Below are positions 1 through 10,052 of a DNA stretch of 64,000 nucleotides, in pieces. A model generated the notes under the pieces. That model worked only from the letters and a program-made list of their open reading frames with translations. It did no database searches and was not told the origin of the DNA. How positions within the stretch are numbered: position 1 is the first letter of the stretch; each line of letters starts with the position of its first letter. Made by a program: the position numbers and the translations under genes. The stretch is taken from the UHGV virus genome UHGV-0117053; one strand, written 5' to 3'. This DNA is from a virus.

Positions 1-17
1 AAACCAACGTTTTAGTC
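1..17. other. Possible partial Cin crossover (cix-like) half-site at the window edge (AAACCAACGTTTTAG)
   Basis: AAACC-NN-CGTTT core resembles Hin/Gin/Cin crossover sites and sits just upstream of cin; truncated by window start. Confidence 0.2.
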
Positions 18-73
18 TTAATCCCTACCTATACCAACGATGTATTTTTAACTAAACAAAGAGGTTGTTTTTC

Positions 74-646
74 ATGCAAATTGGCTACATTCGTGTGTCA
101 ACAAATGACCAAAACACAGATTTACAAAGAAATGCACTGAACTGCGCAGGATGTGAACTGATTTTTGAAGATAAAATAAGCGGAACAAAGTCAGCCAGAC
201 CAGGCTTGAAAAAGCTGCTCAGAACGTTATCAGAAGGAGATACGCTGGTTGTCTGGAAGCTGGATAGGCTTGGCAGAAGTATGAAACACCTTATCACGCT
301 TATAGAGGAGTTGCGGGAAAAAGGTGTTAATTTCCGTAGTCTGACAGACAGTATTGACACATCAACACCCATGGGGCGTTTCTTTTTTCACGTCATGGGG
401 GCTTTAGCAGAAATGGAACGTGAATTAATTGTTGAGAGAACACTGGCCGGACTGGCAGCTGCACGCGAACAGGGACGCATTGGCGGACGTCGCCCGAAGT
501 TGACAAAAGAACAACATGAGCAAATAGCGAGGTTGATCGAAAATGGCTACAGCAGGAAACAGTTGGCAATTATTTACGATATCGGTGTATCGACGATTTA
601 TCGTTATCATCCTGTAGAGAAGCGCCAAACTCAATCTGAGCTGTAA
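74..646 (+). CDS. cin: Cin DNA invertase (serine recombinase, Hin/Gin/Cin family)
   Basis: N-terminus MQIGYIRVSTNDQNTDLQRNAL with catalytic Ser motif and C-terminal HTH; ATG at 74 with AGAGG RBS (track ORF starts at an upstream TTG). Confidence 0.92.
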   Translation: MQIGYIRVSTNDQNTDLQRNALNCAGCELIFEDKISGTKSARPGLKKLLRTLSEGDTLVVWKLDRLGRSMKHLITLIEELREKGVNFRSLTDSIDTSTPMGRFFFHVMGALAEMERELIVERTLAGLAAAREQGRIGGRRPKLTKEQHEQIARLIENGYSRKQLAIIYDIGVSTIYRYHPVEKRQTQSEL

Positions 647-1081
647 TTCTAATGCCGCGTCGGTGTAATTTATCTTGATAGAATAGGTACATTTATCGCG
701 CGGCACATCAATTCGATGTATCTAGCGCCTGCTGACCGCTAATGAAAACTGTCCTCGAAATGTTGTCCCTAGCCCGAGACTAGGGTATCACCTCTGGAAA
801 GCATACGCAGAACCTTTTTTAACCCAGGGTGCCCAGCCTTTTTGCTGCTCGCCTTATTCGCAAAAATTAGCTCACATCCTGCGCTTTCAAGTGCTTTTCA
901 CTGCATAGCTGTGTTTTGTTCATTTGTCTATATGCGTACATAGCCTATTAGCATATTTTCTGCCCACTATCGTTATTTATTGCAAGCTACAGGTTTTAAT
1001 TAACAAAACCAGTGTGTGTGGAAATCACAAAGTGCATACCGTTCTCAGATGTTGTTCAACTTACTGTTGTATAGGTAAAAA

Positions 1082-1345
1082 ATGACATTTTATGTACATA
1101 TCGTGATGTTATCCCTTCTTGGTGGGGTGTATTCGTATTTGAGTGGGCTATGTGAAAACCGTTACGAGTCTTCATGCAAGAAATTGCTGGCCGAATGTAT
1201 TTCCGCCGTACTTGCTGGCTTTATTGGCATGTATCTCGCGGAATATAAGGATATGAATGAAAGCCTTCAGAGCTGCATGGTTCTTATTTTCAGCGCCAAT
1301 AGCAGGCTTATTATTGAAGGTTCCAAAAGTCGGTTGAATAGGTAA
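1082..1345 (+). CDS. Small membrane protein, holin-like (possibly P1 LydC-like)
   Basis: 87 aa with hydrophobic segments, directly upstream of lydA. Confidence 0.45.
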   Translation: MTFYVHIVMLSLLGGVYSYLSGLCENRYESSCKKLLAECISAVLAGFIGMYLAEYKDMNESLQSCMVLIFSANSRLIIEGSKSRLNR

Positions 1346-1419
1346 GTCTCTTATGCAACATAACCGGTTGAGAAGTTACTTTGCATACCATTACCTCCTG
1401 ACAACGTAGGAGGGAACTT

Positions 1420-1749
1420 GTGCTTGACACACAGGAATTAGCTCCAGTTGCTATTGCGCTCCTGCTTTCAGTAATTGGTGGGATAGGCACGTTCCTGATG
1501 GATGTCCGAGACGGTCGCCAGTCTGGCAATTTGTTGGGATTGGTTACGGAGATCTTTGTTGCAGTGACAGCTGGCGCGGTGGCGTACCTATTGGGGCAAC
1601 ACGAGGGCTGGGAGTTATCAATTACGTACTTAATGGTAACGATAGCCAGCAATAACGGTCATGAGGTGATTTCAGGGATGAAACGAGTGAATATCGATAG
1701 CATTCTGAATGTTCTTACAAGTTTGGTGAAAAAGGGAGGCGGGAAATGA
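1420..1749 (+). CDS. lydA: Holin LydA
   Basis: 109 aa, hydrophobic segments, GTG start after GGAGGG RBS, stop overlaps lydB start (ATGA). Confidence 0.75.
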   Translation: MLDTQELAPVAIALLLSVIGGIGTFLMDVRDGRQSGNLLGLVTEIFVAVTAGAVAYLLGQHEGWELSITYLMVTIASNNGHEVISGMKRVNIDSILNVLTSLVKKGGGK

Positions 1750-2189
1750 TTGGCTGGGGTGTATGCGTTCTTGCGTTAGCCTTAGCCGATCGCTATTTGC
1801 TAAAACGCAAGGACATCACGCATTTAGAACTTGGTGATGTGGAAATTAAACCGGGTTTCATCCGGGTGCCGTTCAAATACCGGTCTAAATTCCCGTTTTT
1901 GCGCGGCGCAACGGTCAGATATTGGATCCGCGATGTTCAGAAGCCGACGACAGTGATTGAAGGCGAACAACGTTGTTTGACGTCGGCTGAACAGGGCGAA
2001 AACAGTGAATGGTTGTACATACCCACTGAATATATGGGTAAAGGAGAGCGACTGTGGCATTTCAACGTCATGGTTACGCATGGCGACTCGTTCATTAACC
2101 CGTTGTATCGGATTTTCCCTGTTACTCAGCAAATCCGCAGAAGTTACGTAATAAATCTCGCACAGGATGTGTCAGATGACGAAAAATAA
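1746..2189 (+). CDS. lydB: Antiholin LydB
   Basis: 147 aa, translationally coupled to lydA; position and size as recalled for P1 lydB. Confidence 0.7.
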   Translation: MIGWGVCVLALALADRYLLKRKDITHLELGDVEIKPGFIRVPFKYRSKFPFLRGATVRYWIRDVQKPTTVIEGEQRCLTSAEQGENSEWLYIPTEYMGKGERLWHFNVMVTHGDSFINPLYRIFPVTQQIRRSYVINLAQDVSDDEK

Positions 2190-2778
2190 GTATGCAACGG
2201 TCGATTTTGACCAGGTTAATGAAAAGGGGCTGAAATCCCTTATCGCGGCGATCAATAAAACCGGTGTTACGGTAATTGAGGTTGACTCCAGCAACCGCGC
2301 AACAACGAAAGATGGCGTTAAAGTTAAAACCGCAAAGCTGGTTCTTAACGACGGACAAATTCTTGCCATACAGGTAAACGATACTGGCGATATATCGTCT
2401 GTGAGGCTGAATGGAAAAGCTATTCCTAACGCTCAATCGCCGGATATCAAGACGCTTGGTACCGTCATGGGGCAAGCGGCCCGCAAAAACTCCGCAAAAT
2501 TCCAGAAATCACTGATCGCCAAAGCGAAACGTGTTGCCAATCCGGTAGACAAGAAACCGGCAGTAAAATCCAACTTTCAGCGCCTGCAAGAGGCAAAACA
2601 GCGGAATGCTCAGGTGGTTGCCGCTTATAAATCAGCGCAGAACTCGGTGTCTTTCAATCAACAGCAGATCACTGATTTGCGGGCGAAGCTGGATAAGGAG
2701 ACAGGCCGACTCAATAACGAAAAGGCCCGAAATGGCGAACTCAAACGCCGTCTTAAGCAACTGAAAGCAGGAAATTAA
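2176..2778 (+). CDS. hdf: Hdf, first gene of the darA operon
   Basis: about 200 aa; shares the KNSAKFQ-containing segment with the DarA N-terminal region; start 2167 or 2176. Confidence 0.6.
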   Translation: MTKNKYATVDFDQVNEKGLKSLIAAINKTGVTVIEVDSSNRATTKDGVKVKTAKLVLNDGQILAIQVNDTGDISSVRLNGKAIPNAQSPDIKTLGTVMGQAARKNSAKFQKSLIAKAKRVANPVDKKPAVKSNFQRLQEAKQRNAQVVAAYKSAQNSVSFNQQQITDLRAKLDKETGRLNNEKARNGELKRRLKQLKAGN

Positions 2779-2779
2779 C

Positions 2780-4699
2780 ATGGAACAGTTCAATATCAAT
2801 AAAGGGGTGACGATCAAGCCTGGGCTTGACGTGCTTCCCCCGCCAGTGACTGATGATGAATATCGCGCATTAATGGCCGGTGAGGACCGCTATCTGATGA
2901 CGGAATCCAACACCCTGGAGGAAATCGAGGCTACGTTCTTCTATGACACGCCGATCCACTGGTGTGCTACGGATTTACTGGAGGCGATTAGTTCTACTCG
3001 TTTGCAGTTACACCGGACCATGCAGGCATTTGTCCGGGCATTGAACCAGAAGCTGAATGGTACCGGAATCTCTGCGGGGAGTGATAAAACGGGGGATGTG
3101 GCCCAGAGCGGCGCGCGCGCGATCGGCGGCGCTGAAATTGGCCGGGCACGTAACGTTAACGGGCTGCCGGTCTTGCCAGCCATTATTCCGCTCAGTGATG
3201 GTCAGACTATCAGCATTCTGTTTCATAGCCCGACAGCGGAAAACCGGATCACCAATAGCGATACGCTGGTTGCTTTCCAGTTCTTACTGAATAAAAAAGA
3301 CGTTACTCACACCGTTGCTCCGATGAGTGGACGTGATATGACGCTGGCGCAGGTCACCATGAAACTTGCCAACCTTGCAGAGAAAAACTCGGCAAAATTC
3401 CAGCGTGCGCAGAAGAAGAAAAAAGCTCTTGTTGATGAAATAACCCAACTACAGGCTGACAGTGACCAGAAAGAGGATGCCATGAGCGACCTCGCGGATC
3501 AGGTGGCAGCGGTAGAAGGGCAGAAGGCAGATCTGGAGCAGAAAATTAACGCTGTTGCATCGGAAGCGGATTCTCTTTATGAAGAGAATGAGCGTTTGCA
3601 GACGGAGATTGATCAGCTCAATCGCACTGGTGGGCGCGAAACCATTGCTCCTGCGGGGATGACTGGTGGACACTCTCGCGCGATGACGGATCGCCTTGCA
3701 AGTATCAAAAATCGTATGCATATGAACGGGGAAGTGACGCTCAGTAATGGTGCATCAATGAAGCAATTCATTGAGGACGGTGAAGGGTATATCCAGTTAA
3801 CCGATTCGGATGGCAGCGTGTACATGATCAAGGCTAAATCCATACAGGGCGTGGACATGGCAGATGCGATCGGCAAGCTGTTTAAAGCCTATAAAGCGGG
3901 TAATGTATCGGAATACCTGGTCCAAACAGAAGAACATAAACCGGAAAAGGTCGAACCTGAACCAGCGGAGGATACCGGTAGCTCTTCGCCTGAACCAGAA
4001 GTCTCTGTAGGTGCATATCGATATGCCCTGCAAATGCGTCCGGCGGCCCCTGGCGCAATACCTGAAGGTAACAAAGCAATTCTGCCGCGCCCTGATGAAG
4101 GTGACCCGTATTATGAATATGCACGCTACGGCATTGCTACTTACGATACCCCGCTTTCTGATCAGCAAATGAGTGAGTACGACCTGAAGTTATTGCCTCG
4201 CGAGGATTCTTTCGACTTCCTGGCGAAGACACTTACTAATGGTCCGTTTGGCAAATATGCACAAAAAGCTCTGGAGCTGGCCACCAGCTCACCAGACGAG
4301 TTCCGCGTAATGCTGAAAACTCAGTTTCAAAAAACTTTCCCCAATATTGCGTTTCCTGGGGGCGCTGGCACCGAGAAAATGGTGCAGAGCATGATCAATG
4401 CATTGCAGGCCGAAGTCGGTGAGATTACTCAGCCAGAACCGGCCCCGGCACAGCCTGATGAAACGGTTAGCGAAGCAGATGCAGAGGCTAATAAAGCCAT
4501 TGAATATCTCAATAACGTGATGGATATGCAAAGCACTGACATGGCGGAGATCCGTAACGCTCGGGGCAATGTCCGGGAAGCGATTGCAGCCCTTCAGGCT
4601 GCCGGACGTTTTGAGGAAAACGAAGAGCTGGTTAACGGCGCAGCTCGCCACCTGGCTGATCTGTTGGTAGCAATCCAGAAAGCGGGGGTAGCGGCATGA
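2780..4699 (+). CDS. darA: DarA antirestriction capsid-internal protein
   Basis: 639 aa, size and operon position match P1 DarA as recalled; AGGAAA RBS. Confidence 0.8.
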   Translation: MEQFNINKGVTIKPGLDVLPPPVTDDEYRALMAGEDRYLMTESNTLEEIEATFFYDTPIHWCATDLLEAISSTRLQLHRTMQAFVRALNQKLNGTGISAGSDKTGDVAQSGARAIGGAEIGRARNVNGLPVLPAIIPLSDGQTISILFHSPTAENRITNSDTLVAFQFLLNKKDVTHTVAPMSGRDMTLAQVTMKLANLAEKNSAKFQRAQKKKKALVDEITQLQADSDQKEDAMSDLADQVAAVEGQKADLEQKINAVASEADSLYEENERLQTEIDQLNRTGGRETIAPAGMTGGHSRAMTDRLASIKNRMHMNGEVTLSNGASMKQFIEDGEGYIQLTDSDGSVYMIKAKSIQGVDMADAIGKLFKAYKAGNVSEYLVQTEEHKPEKVEPEPAEDTGSSSPEPEVSVGAYRYALQMRPAAPGAIPEGNKAILPRPDEGDPYYEYARYGIATYDTPLSDQQMSEYDLKLLPREDSFDFLAKTLTNGPFGKYAQKALELATSSPDEFRVMLKTQFQKTFPNIAFPGGAGTEKMVQSMINALQAEVGEITQPEPAPAQPDETVSEADAEANKAIEYLNNVMDMQSTDMAEIRNARGNVREAIAALQAAGRFEENEELVNGAARHLADLLVAIQKAGVAA

Positions 4700-5061
4700 C
4701 ACTATCAGCTATTGAGTTAATGGATCTCAGCGATAAGTTGGATGCTCTGATGTCCAAAGCGGCTACCGCGAGTGGCATGGAGTTGCTGGATATCAGCGAT
4801 AAAATTGACCAGATCATGCAACAGATGGGGTACGGCGCGTCCGGCGGCAGTAGTGGCGAGGAAAAACAACCTTTGGTACATGATGGTGTGCCAAAACTGG
4901 TTGCTGATTTCCTGGCTGATAAATTCGTCGATCAGAGCACAGATGCATTTATCGGTACCTTGCAGGACTTGAGTCAATATGTTGGCACATACATCGACCT
5001 GGACCAGGTTAAACAGCACACGGCGGCATGGATAGCCGCCAACATTAAAGAGGCAGCATAA
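4696..5061 (+). CDS. ddrA: DdrA (darA operon)
   Basis: 121 aa, ATGA overlap with the darA stop. Confidence 0.6.
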   Translation: MTLSAIELMDLSDKLDALMSKAATASGMELLDISDKIDQIMQQMGYGASGGSSGEEKQPLVHDGVPKLVADFLADKFVDQSTDAFIGTLQDLSQYVGTYIDLDQVKQHTAAWIAANIKEAA

Positions 5062-5073
5062 GGCGTAACAGGG

Positions 5074-8061
5074 ATGAGCTTAAGCGATCAGGTGGTAATG
5101 GCCACCAGCATAGAAACGCTGATCGAGCTGCTAAAGAACCTGCCCGATTATGGGCGGGTTTCGTATGTGGTGACAGCGAAGGGAGACGAGGTAAAAACAG
5201 CGTTTGATATCGTCGATGCCTCAGCTCTTTTGATATCCAATACTCTGGATGGGAAAATTAATCCTGACTATCCCCAGGAACTTCAGCCGCGCGACCGGAC
5301 CCGCGCATCCAGCCTTCTTCAGGTTAACCAGATATCCAAAGATTTGCGGCCTGCTCAGCTTACCGATTCCGGTTTATCCAGCCATGGCGCGCCGATAATT
5401 GGTGAGGACAATGCCGTTGAGTCAGGTAATGGACGGACCATGGGGATCATCAAAGCCTATCAGGACGGCAATGCGGATCGGTATCGTGAGTACCTGATTG
5501 AACATGCGACCGAATTCGGCATACCTCCTGAAAAGGTTGAATCAATGACGGCTCCGGTACTGGTGCGCCGCCGGTTAACTAAGGTTGACCGCGTTCAGTT
5601 TGCCAAGGACTCAAATATTTCTGATCTTCAGGAAATGGCAGCCAGTGAAAAGGCTTTTGTTGATGCCGACAGCATAACACCGGCGATGATGGCGCTGTTT
5701 AATCCGTCAGAAAGCGGAGATCTGCTTAGCCGCAGTAATGACGCGTTTATTCGCGGATTCATGACGCAAGTTGGTGCCACACAGGCGGCTGGCCTTGTAA
5801 CTGAAGATGGGCGACCAACACGGCAACTTGTAGACCGTATACAAAACGCGATCTTTGCCAAGGCATATAAGGATGCGCGCCTGGTAAGGATGGTTGCAGA
5901 AGAACCTGATCCGGATATGCGTAATGTTCTGACGGCGCTTAATGCGGCAGCCAATGATTTTGTCCAGATGCAGGCTTTATCAGGAGAAGCGCACAAGCAG
6001 GCTGTGACAACTATTGTTGATGGCATTGAGACAGCGGATAGCCTCGATAAAAAGGCGCTGGCGGCATTGAAAGATGCGGTAGACCTGGTAAGGCAATCGA
6101 AGGAGTCAGGCCAGCATATTACCGATGTTATTGCTCAGGGGGATATGTTCAGCGAAACGGCCCCGGAAGTGAAAGCACTCGCGTTGTTCATCGTCGCGAA
6201 TAACCGTAGCGCGAAGCGTATGGCCACCGCCTTTAAGTTGATGGCTCAACGTATCAATGATGAGTTACAGCACCAGGGCCAGGCACTGGGGGATATGTTT
6301 GGCGGCGGCGATGTGTCGTTACAGGATATCCTTCGCCAGGTGTCTCAGGAACTGGAAAACGAAGGCATGCAAGGGATATCCGGCGGTCTTTTCGAGTCCG
6401 TTTCCGGCGGTAGTTACAACGGTGTTGCTCCGTATACCAGTTTGCTATTACATCGGGCATCCGGCATCAAAGACATTATTCATCTGATCAGGCTGCTTTC
6501 CCGCACAGATCCCCAGGATGAACAGCTTGTACAAGTGCTTGCGCATTTTGTTCGAATGCCTGTTGCCGACGTGAAAAAATGGTGCCGATTATTCGGTATC
6601 AGCAATTCGTTACTTCGCGGCTTGTTAAATCACGCATCCTCCCTTGGGCGCGATGGCTTTGACGAGATAGCGCAGGCGATAAAAAACGGAGATATGCCAC
6701 CAGCTATTGACTGGTTTTCCATTCGCCCAACCAGGGTGAAAGCATTCCTTAGCGCGGCGCATTCGGCATCACCATTGGCAGAAATGGTTCAGAGGTTGTC
6801 GCTCATATTCACAGACCATACCGCGTTGGGTGATCTGACTCTGGACGAGATGAAAGAAGCCTCCATTCAGTGGGCCGATCAACAAAATGAGGTTAACTCA
6901 GACTTCTTGCCAGCATTCAGGAAGGCCGTTAGTAAAGCGGATGATGCCCGTGGAATTCTGAAGGCATTTAAGGCATTGCAAAGTCGTGTTAATAAACATG
7001 TCGGTGATATCGATGGGGTAACGGCGGAAGGCCGGGATATCCTTAAAGAGCACGGCATAACGCCAGAGTTTATTGATGAGATCAGGACTGATATGCAGCG
7101 TGAGGTCGTATCGTCCCTGCAAATCGTAGCCAGAGCGTTGGCGGATGCTAATCCGAAGAGTGCGGCCATTGTTAACCGGGTTATTGGTGATATTGAAGCA
7201 TCGGAGGGCATGGGGGCGCTGAAACTCTTCCTGTCGCGAGCGTTTAATCCTAACGGCAATATTCTCCCTGGCATTATTGGTGAGGCTAAAAAGTATGTCA
7301 GTGAAGAAGAACTTGAGCAGCTTGACCAACTACTTAAGCGATTCTCATATAACCCGCAGACACGCTGGCAAATGAATCAGCGAAGTATGGGTTCGGTCCA
7401 CGAGAAAGTGTTATCTGCCATGAACAGTGCGATCGCAAACTCATCCGTATCTGAAGAAAAAGCTCTTGAGTGGGCCGACTCTTTTATCACGGAAGAAGTG
7501 GAAGAAGCCCGCGCTGGACAGAATGGTGGGATAGACCTGCGCAAGGAACTTGCTGATATTTATCGCCTGACCGGCGGGAAAATATCGACCTTATCAAAAG
7601 TGGTTCACCACCAGGGAAGGGCATATGCAAATCTAAATGGTGTTGTTGCTGTCAATTTGAACGATGAAAATGCAAGTGCACTGTGGCACGAGCTGGGTCA
7701 TCATCTTGAGTACAGTAACCCTGGTTTGTTAGAGAAAGCCCGGTCATTCCTGAAGGCCAATGTTGAAGGGGATAAGCCATCTTTCGTCAATATCGGTGGG
7801 CGTGGCAAGCCTGAATGGTGCTTCAGATCTCGATTGAGTAATATTTATATGGCGAAGGTATACCCGCCAGCCTCAGTAAGTAACACCGGGAAAATTCGGC
7901 AGAAATCACCGACTATTTCCAAAACGTCAGCAACGGAAGTATTCTCTATGGCTCTTCAGTTGTATCATGACAAAGAGGCCGCTGCCGCATCACTGATGAA
8001 TGGTGACGGATTGCTGGAACTGTTATTAGGTGTGGCAAAGGAGCTAAATAATGCAGATTAA
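5074..8061 (+). CDS. ddrB: DdrB (darA operon, large virion protein)
   Basis: 995 aa ORF following ddrA on the same strand. Confidence 0.65.
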   Translation: MSLSDQVVMATSIETLIELLKNLPDYGRVSYVVTAKGDEVKTAFDIVDASALLISNTLDGKINPDYPQELQPRDRTRASSLLQVNQISKDLRPAQLTDSGLSSHGAPIIGEDNAVESGNGRTMGIIKAYQDGNADRYREYLIEHATEFGIPPEKVESMTAPVLVRRRLTKVDRVQFAKDSNISDLQEMAASEKAFVDADSITPAMMALFNPSESGDLLSRSNDAFIRGFMTQVGATQAAGLVTEDGRPTRQLVDRIQNAIFAKAYKDARLVRMVAEEPDPDMRNVLTALNAAANDFVQMQALSGEAHKQAVTTIVDGIETADSLDKKALAALKDAVDLVRQSKESGQHITDVIAQGDMFSETAPEVKALALFIVANNRSAKRMATAFKLMAQRINDELQHQGQALGDMFGGGDVSLQDILRQVSQELENEGMQGISGGLFESVSGGSYNGVAPYTSLLLHRASGIKDIIHLIRLLSRTDPQDEQLVQVLAHFVRMPVADVKKWCRLFGISNSLLRGLLNHASSLGRDGFDEIAQAIKNGDMPPAIDWFSIRPTRVKAFLSAAHSASPLAEMVQRLSLIFTDHTALGDLTLDEMKEASIQWADQQNEVNSDFLPAFRKAVSKADDARGILKAFKALQSRVNKHVGDIDGVTAEGRDILKEHGITPEFIDEIRTDMQREVVSSLQIVARALADANPKSAAIVNRVIGDIEASEGMGALKLFLSRAFNPNGNILPGIIGEAKKYVSEEELEQLDQLLKRFSYNPQTRWQMNQRSMGSVHEKVLSAMNSAIANSSVSEEKALEWADSFITEEVEEARAGQNGGIDLRKELADIYRLTGGKISTLSKVVHHQGRAYANLNGVVAVNLNDENASALWHELGHHLEYSNPGLLEKARSFLKANVEGDKPSFVNIGGRGKPEWCFRSRLSNIYMAKVYPPASVSNTGKIRQKSPTISKTSATEVFSMALQLYHDKEAAAASLMNGDGLLELLLGVAKELNNAD

Positions 8062-8359
8062 AATCGCAGCGCCATTAGGCGGAGATGCCATTATCGAATT
8101 TGATGATAATGAAGAAGTTTCCGGGCGTTTAAGCATTATCTCCGGTGACATTACCGAGGACATGATCGCTGAAGCCATAGCTGGGGCAAATCCCAATAGC
8201 TATATGGGATTCGTTAACACCCTTGATGCTCCCGCAAGTGATGTTCTCCGAACGCTGCATCTTTACGCTGGCTGGTTTGTTGATTGGCCAGCAGTAGATG
8301 GTGGCGATGAGGACGACGACGATGATTTTGGTGATCATGTAGACCAGATCGTATATTGA
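8051..8359 (+). CDS. Hypothetical acidic protein, last gene of the darA operon
   Basis: 102 aa, start overlaps the ddrB stop, acidic tail (DEDDDDDF), followed by a terminator. Confidence 0.5.
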   Translation: MQIKIAAPLGGDAIIEFDDNEEVSGRLSIISGDITEDMIAEAIAGANPNSYMGFVNTLDAPASDVLRTLHLYAGWFVDWPAVDGGDEDDDDDFGDHVDQIVY

Positions 8360-8363
8360 AGAA

Positions 8364-8390
8364 ATCCCGCCAATCGGCGGGATTTTTTTT
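8364..8390. terminator. Rho-independent terminator between convergent operons
   Basis: ATCCCGCC-AATC-GGCGGGAT perfect stem followed by T8. Confidence 0.7.
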
Positions 8391-9171
8391 AATCGCTTTC
8401 CACTTCTTCCGTGGTGTTTTCTTGCAGTTCTGTTAATGCAGCACGACATAGGTTCCGGGCATTGGCTATAGCCACACTTTTGACTTCATCCGTCATCGTG
8501 CAGGTAATGTACTGATCGAGTTCTTCAGCGCGGATGATGCTTTTGCCAATCAGAAACTGTATTTGCCAGAGCAGATCGGCATCCATAATCAGAATTTCTG
8601 CCGGGCCTTCAGGGCCAGCCGGGAAGGAAACATAAGACTGTTTGCCCAGGCCGACAACTCGACAACTTGCTTCAAGAATTGCGCGCTTGAGGTCTGACTT
8701 TATAACGGAAACAGGTTGATTTTCACCAGTGATTACGCCGTTGACATGGAAAGGCATGTAGCTTGAAATACGCTCCACTTTCCACACGCCAGCAAGCGAT
8801 CCTTCATGCAGCACAATGGGGGTAACCGCGAGTTTCATCTCACCATATAGCTGCTGGCAGATAGCTGGATTGCTGAATACATCTAAAGGCTCACATTCAA
8901 ACAGCGGCGCAATCTGCATGAGGTCCATCATGGTCATCCCTGGGGTACGAGCAGTAATGAATCTGCGCATACCAGTATCCATTGCGCTCCAGATTGCTAC
9001 ACCATGCTTTTTGCTCACTTCTTCAGTAAAGCCAAGGTGGCACATGATGGTTTTTTCGATAGCCAGATCAGAGATCGAAACCTTTTCGCCAGGCACACCA
9101 TCATTATTGATGGTCACTTCGACACTCTGACCATTACGCAGGCGGTATTGAATTGCTTTAGTATTTTCCAC
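8389..9171 (-). CDS. Hypothetical protein (GTG start), coupled to the upstream DUF2829 gene
   Basis: 260 aa; GTG start at 9171 preceded by GGAG; 7 nt after the stop of the upstream gene. Confidence 0.6.
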   Translation of the reverse strand: MENTKAIQYRLRNGQSVEVTINNDGVPGEKVSISDLAIEKTIMCHLGFTEEVSKKHGVAIWSAMDTGMRRFITARTPGMTMMDLMQIAPLFECEPLDVFSNPAICQQLYGEMKLAVTPIVLHEGSLAGVWKVERISSYMPFHVNGVITGENQPVSVIKSDLKRAILEASCRVVGLGKQSYVSFPAGPEGPAEILIMDADLLWQIQFLIGKSIIRAEELDQYITCTMTDEVKSVAIANARNLCRAALTELQENTTEEVESD

Positions 9172-9177
9172 GTTAAA

Positions 9178-9855
9178 TCACTCCACTACAAACCAGTCAC
9201 ATGCCAGTAAGTCGCCTACAGAAGGAACCCACGGAACAACTACACCTTGTGCATTTTTTAAGGCGAAATAAGCACCATACGGAACGAGGTCGCCGGGGAA
9301 ATATCCCTTAATGGCTTCCATTCGTGCCGGGTACTGTCCTTCAGGAACCAGCCAGCAGAATTGGTTTTCGCCGTTCCACCCGCGTCGAGCAACTTTCTTG
9401 CCATCCTTCAGCCACATCAGCGCGTCAGAAAAGTCGGCTGCTTCAAGGTCGATTTCTTCTTGTGTGGTAATGATGCCACTGGCAGCAATAGTTACGTCCC
9501 TGGCTGTAATGGATGTCACCCCATTGTGACCTTCAATAATGAGCGATACCCCATTTTCGAAGAAGTCGTTAGTCCGACTAAAGCCTTCTTCAAATGTTTT
9601 TTCTGGTGAATAGGACAGAGAACCGTCCTCATAAGCGACCAGATATCCGCCAATTTCTGGTCGGTGTTTTTGCAAAAACATTTTATCAACATGGACTTTT
9701 ACCCCTTCTGGCTCAACGACTTCGATGTTGCAAAAAAGGACCACATCCATTAGGGCGATAATTTCGATATCTTTGATTTTTGAGGCGCGAACTGTTTTAT
9801 GGCTTTTGTATTTTGGAAGTGCCGTCAAAAGCTCTTTCGTTGTCATGTTATTCAT
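9178..9855 (-). CDS. Two-domain protein with C-terminal DUF2829 (Tad2-like) domain
   Basis: C-terminal LKDGKKVARRGWNGENQF...VVPWVPSVGDLLACDWFVVE matches the DUF2829 signature; ATG at 9855 has GAGGAAAG RBS (track ORF begins at an upstream TTG). Confidence 0.65.
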   Translation of the reverse strand: MNNMTTKELLTALPKYKSHKTVRASKIKDIEIIALMDVVLFCNIEVVEPEGVKVHVDKMFLQKHRPEIGGYLVAYEDGSLSYSPEKTFEEGFSRTNDFFENGVSLIIEGHNGVTSITARDVTIAASGIITTQEEIDLEAADFSDALMWLKDGKKVARRGWNGENQFCWLVPEGQYPARMEAIKGYFPGDLVPYGAYFALKNAQGVVVPWVPSVGDLLACDWFVVE

Positions 9856-10052
9856 AGTCTTTCCTCTGCTTAAAACCTGATGTATTGCGCCTTCAGGTGG
9901 GTCAGGAATGTTTTCCCACCAGCGAAAGCAATATCTCGGGGTGTTCTTTTCGTGAAAAGCGCGTGCCATTGCCAACTTTGGCGTTTGTTTGCGAGTTCGT
10001 GCTTTTGTCGGCGTCTGGACTACCGCTTTTCTTTCAGTCGTTTTTTACACAT

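Noticed and set aside
85-372. Minus-strand 95-aa ORF inside cin (and similar antisense ORFs inside darA, ddrB, darB, pacB, dmt and other genes)
   Set aside because: Fully embedded in well-supported genes on the opposite strand, low-complexity translations, no RBS; shadow ORFs.
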